NCBI RefSeq assembly: GCF_964204645.1 | Contig: NW_027437436.1 | Coordinates: 62,001 to 126,000 of the forward strand | Length of the DNA: 64,000 nt | Direction: 5' to 3' | From: Tubulanus polymorphus | Lineage: Eukaryota > Animalia > Nemertea | Shown: positions 22,147-31,900 of the stretch, piece by piece | Layout: each line of letters opens with the position of its first letter | Numbering within the stretch: position 1 is the stretch's first letter | Notes under the pieces: model-generated | Databases searched by the model: none | What the model was told of the DNA's origin: nothing | What the model saw: only the letters and a program-made list of their open reading frames with translations | Made by a program: the position numbers and the translations under genes

Positions 22147-23422
22147 TGGCAAGTTTCAAATACAATGAGACGGATAGCACATAGAGGAATAGACTCTCGT
22201 GTTAACGATAACAATCTTATTTGGATTTAAGGTCATTAGGTTTAAATTCACTCGAATTCAAATCCCCCAAATCCCATTCCAGAAGTTGGCAGTGGATGGT
22301 GTGTACATAATATCCGCGAGTATTTTGTTAACCGTAACTCAAGTGTGTTGTGTAGGGCATTCTTGCCAGGCTTCTGGGAAGAAACATTGCTTAATGTGAT
22401 ATAAGTGAAAAGGCCAATTGGGATTTATTAGGCTGATATTATTATCTTACCATGATAATCTATTCCTCTATGTGCCTGCAAAGTTTCAAGACCAAACAAT
22501 GAATATATTTTCGGTTGTGAAAAACGGCAGTTTACCCTCAAACTGAACAAATCGATTTGGAGCATCTTTGTGGAACTCATACGTTTTATGCAAACCCGCA
22601 TTGCTAGGTAACAATTTCTTTATCTTTTCCTAGACCGAAGCATAATCGTATTTCTTTTTGCAGCTTAACAATTGATTCCATAGAATTTAATAATTCCACT
22701 TACGAATAATAATGTGTTTATTCTAATTTCCATGTGTATTCGGGGCACTTGGCTTCGATCCTCAGGAGAGGGTCGGCGCCAGGCCCCGTTTCAATTGGTC
22801 GGGTCACCTGGTCTTGTCCTCATGTGGGGGCTCAGGCCAGGGCCCCTAAACGTTGGTTATCTTATAGTCGCATATCCACTGACCTAGGCTTGATCCTCAG
22901 GAGGGGGTCGGGGCTAGGAAGTGGAACAAGTAGATACATCCTATTTGGTATGATATTACATGAAATTTACTTTGATAAACATTCGATATTGTAATCAATT
23001 CCAATGAAATATGTTTCCTCACCTGTTAAGGGGGGCCGAAAAACAATCGGCTTGATAAGTTGTCGTGACTCCAGCGAACTTAGACCGCAAACGCAGCTTC
23101 GACATAGGTGCTCAGGTGGCAGCGTAAGGAATAGTCTCGCAAAACTAAGCGGTGTAGGTCAGTATATAGGGTTTAGTTGTTTCATACCAAAGGTCGAACG
23201 GTCGAGCCCATTAAAAAACAAAAAACATAAAAATAATAACAATTTCTACTTGAATTACTCGCAAAACTCATAAAAATGAAAAATAATTCTCGCACACTCG
23301 AATTTATTTTTCATTTTCTACTCGCTAGAAGAAAGTGTGAGTAAAGTGTGAGTGAAATAATTCATAAATCATTGAATATTTATATGCGTTGGATTCATTT
23401 TAATAAAAATTTTGTTATTAAA

Positions 23423-23996
23423 ATGAAGACAGAAGAAGAACCCAACTTTAAAATCGAAATCAATGAAACCAATAAATCATTTTCACAGTTTTACATTAAA
23501 AATTATATTTCAGCAACAAATTTAGTGTCTGCAAGGTATTATAAAATCGATAACATAACTATGATTAATCAAATATCATCAAATGAAACATATTTACTTA
23601 CTGAACTAGTAGATACTTTTGATAATGGCGTTAAAAATCCTAAAATATTCAATACAGTTTTAAATTTTAAAGGAACTTTAGATGAAAACATAATTAATAT
23701 TCTTAAAACTCCTTTCAATGAAAGAAATGATGATATAATACTTTCAAAAGATTACAATGATTTGATTAACTTAAGAATTGAAAAAAGACAATTATATTAT
23801 TTCAATTTTGATAAATAAACAAATTATCTATAATGAAAATTCATCAAATATTGCAGTTCAATGTAATTTAGATGATGAATTTAGAAAATTCAATCCTAAT
23901 GAAAAAGTGCATTGTTATTGCGGAGGTAAATATTTAAAATCACATAAATCAAAGCATTATGAAACAATTAAACATAAAAACTGGCGTAAAGAGTAA
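23423..23996 (+). pseudogene. Left-TIR copy of the ~190-aa CxCG-zinc-finger protein, frameshifted by an extra A at ~23813-23815
   Basis: Reverse complement of 26482-27054 except for the 1-bp insertion and 4 substitutions. Confidence 0.8.
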
Positions 23997-24049
23997 CAAT
24001 TCTACATTATAATTATTGAATTGAGTTAAATGATTTAAATATCTAATAG

Positions 24050-24450
24050 ACTGTTAAAATAATAAATATTTTGACAGTTGAAATGATAAATATTTTGACA
24101 GTTGAAATGATAAGACAGTTGAAATGATAAATTGTTTGACAGTTGAAATGATAAGACAGTTGAAATGATAAATATTTTAACAGTTGAAATGATAAATATT
24201 TTAGCAGTTGAAATGATAAATATTTTAACAGTTGAAATGATAAATTGTTTGACAGTTAAAATGATAAATTGTTTGACAGTTGAAATGATAAATTGTTTGA
24301 CAGTTGAAATGATAAATATTTTGACAGTTGAAATGATAAATATTTTGACAGTTGAAATGATAAATTGTTTGACAGTTAAAATGATAAATTGTTTGACAGT
24401 TGAAATGATAAATTGTTTGGCAGTTGAAATGATAAATTGTTTGGCCGTAA
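24050..24450 (+). repeat. 24-bp tandem array (GACAGTTGAAATGATAAATATTTT / ...AATTGTTT), ~17 units, in the left TIR
   Basis: Direct units, two truncated to 17 bp; mirrored at ~26030-26428. Confidence 0.95.
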
Positions 24451-24567
24451 ATTTAATTGTTATTTGATTTAATCATTTAAAAGTTTAATATTTTTAAAAT
24501 GATTATAAAATATTTAATTAAAAACTAGCAAATATTTTATAAACTGTTTAATTTTTCTCTTAAATAA

Positions 24568-24786
24568 ATGGATGGTTTCATTCCAACTGGGAAAAGTGAT
24601 TTGAAACATTATTTAGTAGCAGGCGGATTAATATTGGCTGCGCTTTTCTTTTATTATGAAAATATTTCAAAAGATTTGATGATTGAAAATAATAAATTGA
24701 GTAAAAAATTAAAGAAGTTAAATGGAAACAATCACAGAAATAAAAAGAATAAAAAAGTTAATGATTTAAATGATTTAGAGGATTAA
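24568..24786 (+). CDS. 72-aa single-TM protein with basic coiled tail (left-TIR copy)
   Basis: TM YLVAGGLILAALFFYY; AATTTTT-N8-TAAATG start like the Polinton membrane genes. Confidence 0.65.
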   Translation: MDGFIPTGKSDLKHYLVAGGLILAALFFYYENISKDLMIENNKLSKKLKKLNGNNHRNKKNKKVNDLNDLED

Positions 24787-24846
24787 AACAGCGTCTTTTA
24801 ATTTCATATATTTTGACTATAAAAATGAGTGAAAATATATTATTTA

Positions 24847-24940
24847 GAATAGAAATTAAAAAGATTTAAATAAAAAAACCATAAGTTACTAGATAAAGTA
24901 ACTTATGGTTTTTTTATTTAAATCTTTTTAATTTCTATTC
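24847..24940. repeat. Perfect hairpin, 44-bp arms, 6-nt loop AGATAA
   Basis: 24847-24890 is the exact reverse complement of 24897-24940; lies at the inner edge of the left TIR. Confidence 0.95.
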
Positions 24941-25350
24941 GCGCTATTGGTTAACAAGAATTGACTAGAATTCAAATAGATTTAACAAGAAATTCAATAA
25001 CTTTAACTGTTAGTATCACTCTTGTATTATTTCATTGTTTCTCTTACTGAATAAGCCAACTAACTAATATCACTCTTGTATTATCCTAGTTAAATGTAAA
25101 GAATTTAAAATATCATACTTGAATGAATTAAAACATAAATTACTTCTGTTACTTCATTTTCAGAAATAAAGCATAATATGTATTCAATACCATTAATATG
25201 TATTTAATACCATCAATATGTATTTGATATGTATTTAATACATGGTATTAGGGTATCTAATAGGGTATCTAATATATTGATGCCTCAACCCCCTTTTTTA
25301 TTAACTTACTAATATATTTTATATTTTCAGCTAATTTAACAGTCGATTTC

Positions 25351-25653
25351 TTATTTTGATTCATATAATTTTTCATCAAGTTCATGAATATACATGTGAT
25401 TTCTCAAACTCTTTTTATTTTTATATCTTTTATTGCATATTTCACAGCATTTTATATTATTCAATCTATCTGAAATATAATTCATATTTTCTATTAATTC
25501 AGTGTATCTAATTTTACAGCAATCATAGAATTCTAACAACTGTTTTATACTATAAATTGAAAAAGAAAATAAACCTGTAAGCATAATAATTGATTTAATA
25601 TTCTGTTGATTTTTATATATTAGATGTAATAAGTTTAATATATTTTCACTCAT
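25351..25653 (-). CDS. ~100-aa protein with a hydrophobic segment and a C2H2 zinc finger
   Basis: CEICNKRYKNKKSLRNHMYIH; ATG in TAAAAATG at 25653; starts in the right TIR and runs into the unique core. Confidence 0.7.
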   Translation of the reverse strand: MSENILNLLHLIYKNQQNIKSIIMLTGLFSFSIYSIKQLLEFYDCCKIRYTELIENMNYISDRLNNIKCCEICNKRYKNKKSLRNHMYIHELDEKLYESK

Positions 25654-25691
25654 TTTTATAGTCAAAATATATGAAATTAAAAGACGCTGTT

Positions 25692-25910
25692 TTAATCCTC
25701 TAAATCATTTAAATCATTAACTTTTTTATTCTTTTTATTTCTGTGATTGTTTCCATTTAACTTCTTTAATTTTTTACTCAATTTATTATTTTCAATCATC
25801 AAATCTTTTGAAATATTTTCATAATAAAAGAAAAGCGCAGCCAATATTAATCCGCCTGCTACTAAATAATGTTTCAAATCACTTTTCCCAGTTGGAATGA
25901 AACCATCCAT
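25692..25910 (-). CDS. 72-aa single-TM protein (right-TIR copy)
   Basis: Same translation as 24568-24786. Confidence 0.65.
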   Translation of the reverse strand: MDGFIPTGKSDLKHYLVAGGLILAALFFYYENISKDLMIENNKLSKKLKKLNGNNHRNKKNKKVNDLNDLED

Positions 25911-26029
25911 TTATTTAAGAGAAAAATTAAACAGTTTATAAAATATTTGCTAGTTTTTAATTAAATATTTTATAATCATTTTAAAAATATTAAACTTTTA
26001 AATGATTAAATCAAATAACAATTAAATTT

Positions 26030-26428
26030 ACGGCCAAACAATTTATCATTTCAACTGCCAAACAATTTATCATTTCAACTGTCAAACAATTTATCATTTT
26101 AACTGTCAAACAATTTATCATTTCAACTGTCAAAATATTTATCATTTCAACTGTCAAAATATTTATCATTTCAACTGTCAAACAATTTATCATTTCAACT
26201 GTCAAACAATTTATCATTTTAACTGTCAAACAATTTATCATTTCAACTGTTAAAATATTTATCATTTCAACTGCTAAAATATTTATCATTTCAACTGTTA
26301 AAATATTTATCATTTCAACTGTCTTATCATTTCAACTGTCAAACAATTTATCATTTCAACTGTCTTATCATTTCAACTGTCAAAATATTTATCATTTCAA
26401 CTGTCAAAATATTTATTATTTTAACAGT
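26030..26428 (-). repeat. 24-bp tandem array in the right TIR
   Basis: Reverse complement of 24050-24450. Confidence 0.95.
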
Positions 26429-26481
26429 CTATTAGATATTTAAATCATTTAACTCAATTCAATAATTATAATGTAGAATTG

Positions 26482-27054
26482 TTACTCTTTACGCCAGTTT
26501 TTATTTTTAATTGTTTCATAATGCTTTGATTTATGTGATTTTAAATATTTACCTCCGCAATAACAATGCACTTTTTCATTAGGATTGAATTTTCTAAATT
26601 CATCATCTAAATTACATTGAACTGCAATATTTGATGAATTTTCATTATAGATAATTTGTTTATTATCAAAATTGAAATAATATAATTGTCTTTTTTCAAT
26701 TCTTAAGTTAATCAAATCATTGTAATCTTTTGAAAGTATTATATCATCATTTCTTTCATTGAAAGGAGTTTTAAGAATATTAATTATGTTTTCATCTAAA
26801 GTTCCTTTAAAATTTAAAACTGTATTGAATATTTTAGGATTTTTAACGCCATTATCAAAAGTATCTACTAGTTCAGTAAGGAAATATGTTTCATTTGATG
26901 ATATTTGATCAATCATAGTTATGTTATCGATTTCATAATACCTTGCAGACACTAAATTTGTTGCTGAAATATAATTTTTAATGTAAAACTGTGAAAATGA
27001 TTTATTGGTTTCATTGATTTCGATTTTAAAGTTGGGTTCTTCTTCTGTCTTCAT
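26482..27054 (-). CDS. ~190-aa protein with a C-terminal CxCG..H zinc-finger-like motif (open right-TIR copy)
   Basis: KVHCYCGGKYLKSHKSKHYETIK; likely ATG at 27054 in AATAAAAA-N9-TAAAATG. Confidence 0.7.
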   Translation of the reverse strand: MKTEEEPNFKIEINETNKSFSQFYIKNYISATNLVSARYYEIDNITMIDQISSNETYFLTELVDTFDNGVKNPKIFNTVLNFKGTLDENIINILKTPFNERNDDIILSKDYNDLINLRIEKRQLYYFNFDNKQIIYNENSSNIAVQCNLDDEFRKFNPNEKVHCYCGGKYLKSHKSKHYETIKNKNWRKE

Positions 27055-28975
27055 TTTAATAACAAAATTTTTATTAAAATGAATCCAACGCATATAAATA
27101 TTCAATGATTTATGAATTATTTCACTCACACTTTACTCACACTTTCTTCTAGCGAGTAGAAAATGAAAAATAAATTCGAGTGTGCGAGAATTATTTTTCA
27201 TTTTTATGAGTTTTGCGAGTAATTCAAGTAGAAATTGTTATTATTTTTATGTTTTTTGTTTTTTAATGGGCTCGACCGTTCGACCTTTGGTATGAAACAA
27301 CTAAACCCTATATACTTAGGTCATAAAGGATAAGCCTGACTCACTCTCTTCACATGTTTATATTCACATTTGCCTCGAGTCTTATTTTCCATATAAAATA
27401 TTCGTATATGATATTCTAACACTGATTGCTCATTAGATTTCATCATTTGGAGTTAACGCGATGATCAGAACATATATATCAATATCTAGATAAAGCATAA
27501 AGCGGCGATCACACGGAGACGATTCGGCAAGCCAGGGCCAAATTCACACGGGTCGTATTTATAAATAAATTCACATGTAAGTCACTAATGAGTTATTTAT
27601 CGTGTCGTTGCATAGATATAATTCACATGGAGCCCTTCAATTCTGAGCACACAACTTGGCTTTGGTAATTGTAGGCTGTCAGTTCTTGTCTAACTGGGGA
27701 CACTCGCATCGTCTGCGGTCGACAACCTCAGTCACACGAGGCGACAGGGCCACTTAAACAGGTATTTGAATCGGCCAACTCTTGTTGTCCACTAAGAACG
27801 GCATGTATCTGCACCTGAGAGGAGGTTCTCCTGGATTGACAAGCACATGGAGGTTTCTTCAGGGAGTTGTTGGGTGGTTCTGTAATCTCTAACCGTTCTG
27901 AGCTGTTACAAGCAGTGGCAGGCTTAACTTCAAGCAGGAAACTCTTCCTTGACTTCAGGAGCCTGCACGCTCAATGTGTATCTTGGACCTGATTAATTCT
28001 TTTTCCATCGATTTTGATTTGTTAAAGGCATAGCAATCTGAACTAAATACAATAAATAGGGTTTAAAAACATTCAATGACAATTTATTGGCGCGAAACCT
28101 ATCAACCAGATTTGATAGTTCTAAATTCAATGTTTTACATAATTTCTTCGAGTTGTATAAACAGGGTCGCGATGGAAACGCTTCTTTCTTGACCCGTTAC
28201 TAAACAATGCTTAAAAATGTGGCTATTAACACTAGTGCTTATACATACGGTTGATGACGTCATCAAATGGATGATAGCTAGCCGCAGGCTTTTTAAGTGC
28301 ATAGCCATCAAAACCGTACTCGGTTGATACATCAAGCCTTGGAGTAATCATTTGACAAATGATTATGATTACTATGTCAAATGATTACTCCAAGATCAAG
28401 CCAACAGAATACGCTAGACGCGGGGCCATTTCACAGCTTCCTTTAAAGAGTTCCATTTATTATACATTTATCATCACGGTTATTAAGACAATTATATACA
28501 TAAACTAAGTTGGTTTTTGAAACGGTTCTAATATTTCTGAGTTAACGCATACAGAGATTATTAACACGTCCATGCAGTCCATACATAAGCAAGTTAACGA
28601 TTTAACTCATTGTTTTAAATGATATTAATTTCAGAAATTTCAAAAAGAGTTGGACAAAGCATGAACTGAAGGATTTTCAAGCGTGATTTAACAGAATTGT
28701 TGGCAACATTAAACGTAACGAGTTCAGTGCAGTCGATGGATCTACACACGTGACGCGTCTACTGCAGACACTGCGCGCATTTTGTATCTTTACTAGCCGA
28801 AAGTTGAATTCTAATGATTGTCGAAGTAGATTGATGTTCTTTAGTGTGCAAATTCCGAATCACGTATTCGATGTTGAAATCAGTACGTCGTTTATTTTTG
28901 TCCTCTTACACAATTTCATCGTGAGTATATTTAACAGAAGCAGAAGAATAGAGTTAAATATCATCTTTAACAGTT

Positions 28976-31900
28976 TCATTGGTATCCGCCGTCAGCTGAA
29001 GAAACGTCTCCAAAGCTTCGCGATTCATGCATTGATCTGTCTCCATCGGCTTCCATATCCATGTACGGAGTTGTATCTTTGCCCTTCTCGGCTTCCATAT
29101 CCATGTAAGGAGATGCATCTTTGCCCTTTTCGGCTTCCATATCCTTGTAAGGAGTTGTATCTTTGTCCTTCCCGTCTCCCGTATTTATGTAAGGAATTGT
29201 ATCTTTGTCCTTCTCGGCTCCCATATTCATGTACGGAGTTGTATCTTTACCCTTCCCGGATTCCATTTTAATGTAAGGACTTGTATCATTGGCCTTCTCG
29301 GCATCCATATCAATGTAAGGACTTGTATCTTTGGCCTTCCCAGCTTCCATATCTATGTAAGGACTTGTATCTTTGCCTTTCCCAGACTCAACGTTCTCGT
29401 ATGGATTTTTATCTTCCTTCAAACTTGTATCAGTATCAGACTCGAGGTCGTCGTACAACTCTTCGTAGACGTCATACACCATCTCGACTTGTTGCTGCGG
29501 TGGTGTAGTGTCCACACGACCTTCACCGAACAGTCGCCTGCGTCTGAAAAAGGATATTTTACGCTGACGAAATAGATCGTGAAAAATAGAAATTTTGGTG
29601 GCGAAGAAATTTTTGATTATGGCATAGATCATAATCGTACTAGAATAATGAAAATCCCGCCAGATTTTGTGACAGCCAAGAATCAGTTCGGGTTCATAGT
29701 TAGGACGGAAAACATCTTTTTTTAATAAATGGTCACTGATTCATCAAATGACTTCGCGTTATACTATTTAGTCATGGGGTGATTATCTTTCATAGATTGA
29801 AGATCTGTCGTGTTTGTTCAACTGAGCGAATAGTTATATGTGTATATGAGTAGCGTGTGCAGTGTGCGAACGATAGCGCACACGAGATGTGTGCTGGAGC
29901 GTGCACTGAAGGCAAATGGATCAGATAACAAGGTGGGAGTTTGTTGGAAAGTTGAAAGAGCATTTAGGTCCTGTATTTAAAATAAAATGATTTATAACAT
30001 TAACCATAAGAAACAGTACGTAGGAACATTTATCGGTTCGTCTGGTAATGTATAGACATCGCAAAACCTTTATTTTCACTCGAAATTTTCATTGGAAAAG
30101 TCGCGATATACCGTATAGCGTATACCGTACATACCGAAATCCGTTCCGCTTGAACAATCACAACACGGTGAAAATGTACAACCAAGGTGACCAAACGCCT
30201 GTGACCGTGAATAGAGATCCCCGACCTGGAGATAAACGATCGAGAATTCACTGGAGTACAGAACAATATAGAAACCCGGAGTACCTGAACGTAGAAACCG
30301 GAAAAATCACGAAAGTGGACTGTGAACGGTGTCCTGATTGCAGCAAATTAGAAAACAAATTAGAACTGGTGCTAAATACCGTATTCGAGAAAGTAAACAT
30401 ACTCCCAGATCTAAATGCAAAGATTGAAACAATCTCCCAATCGATCAACGATTTATCCAGAAGAGTTACGAAAGTCGAAGCCGAAATGACCGCAGTCAAG
30501 AACTCAATTCTTAATACCCGTTTGGAACACAATGAAATTAGAAAATATATTATAAAAACAAAAGAGCGCATCACGGATATAAATGAACAATCGAAGCGAA
30601 ACGCCTAACGCATACGTAACATCGAAAATTATAGTAATAATAATAATAATAATAATTTTATTTTTCCATTTTGAATTATAATAATTACGCAAAATAATAC
30701 AAATACAAAAATTCAAGATGGAGGGAAACATGAAGAAACCTGTTAAGGTTTATATGATATTCATGCCACCCTCGTACACCCAATCACACTCTCTTTCACA
30801 CCACATTCACACAGAAAATATTTAAGTGCCAGATGGCAGAGACTGGCAAAGTTATCGAAACATAAATTGAGGAGACACTGATTGAGAGCACGTTTAAAAA
30901 CTGGAGGGGATACTGATCCAATGATCTTCAGTGAGTAAGGTAAGTTATTCCAAGTTAAAGGGGCTGATCCTTTTAACGAAAATTTCTTTCGATTGGTCCT
31001 AAATTGTTCTACTTTGAATGCATGACGGTTTCGAGTATGATGATGGTGAAAGTCGGAATTTAATGTAAATGGAATTTAATAGTATAGGGGACAACCTGAT
31101 ATTCTACGGCGTGCCTGAAGCTGACAGTGAGAACTGTGGAAATTTGTTACGAGATATTCTGAAGAATAAGATGGAAATAACCAATGCAGACGAAGTGAAA
31201 TTCCAACGCGTCCACAGATTTAACCGAAGAAATACCGAACCCGGACCTCGTGCAAAAGAGGACAATTCGCTAATTTTCCTGACAGAGAAAATGTCCGTCG
31301 TAAAGCGCATAAATTGAAGAACTCTAATATATCCGTTAGTGAAGATTACTGCCCAGAAACAGCAGCTGAAATTAAGAAAAAACTATCAGTAAAAAAAGAA
31401 GCAAACAGGGACACAAAGTTACACTTCAACTGGGAAGGGAAGCTTTTCATCACGGGTAAGTACAGACCGGAGATTTCAAAGACCTCCGAAACATATCAGG
31501 TCAACAATCAATGGACACTCAAAATGCTGAATCTGAGCCGGATCCTGATCGGTTGGAAAACAAGACAAGGAACACAGAGAATAAGACATCAGCCAGTCTC
31601 TAGACTGTAATATAACAATTGGACAATGGAACGTATATGGCTGGACGGAAACAGAAAATCATGCCGCAAATCTACTTCGCTGATATATCATAGAAAAACT
31701 TAATCTAGATATATCGATACTTAACGAAACACACTTAATGGACGAGAAGGTGATAACGCTGACAGGATACACTTGGTACGGTCATAATCATTAAGAAATA
31801 CACGAGAAAGCACTGCGGGGATCCGGAGGAGTAGGAATATTAGTTAAAAACTCAGTACTAAACAGTTTTGAACCGCAAGTACTTGATCGTTCATATGGAG

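Larger units (their letters stand above)
23161..27316. mobile_element. Non-autonomous Polinton-related satellite element, 4156 bp, with 1.68-kb TIRs and 6-bp TSD TAGGTC
   Basis: TAGGTC at 23155-23160 and 27317-27322; AGT...ACT termini; TIRs 23161-24842 and 25636-27316 near-identical; 44-nt core identical to the Polinton terminus; no integrase, PolB or capsid genes. Confidence 0.93.

Noticed and set aside
22742-22920. GC-rich duplicated motif GATCCTCAGGAG.GGGTCGG as a structured RNA
   Set aside because: Only two short imperfect copies and no recognisable RNA family; not enough support.
24050-24467. CRISPR array, or a 100-aa MINILTVE-repeat protein (also 26011-26313)
   Set aside because: Units are contiguous with no unique spacers and there are no cas genes. 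The ORF is a by-product of a stop-free 24-bp repeat, and 17-bp units break the frame upstream.
28750-29508. Cys-rich + strand ORFs (28750-29271, 29281-29508)
   Set aside because: Antisense reading of the 42-bp repeat; the minus frame fits the spliced receptor model.
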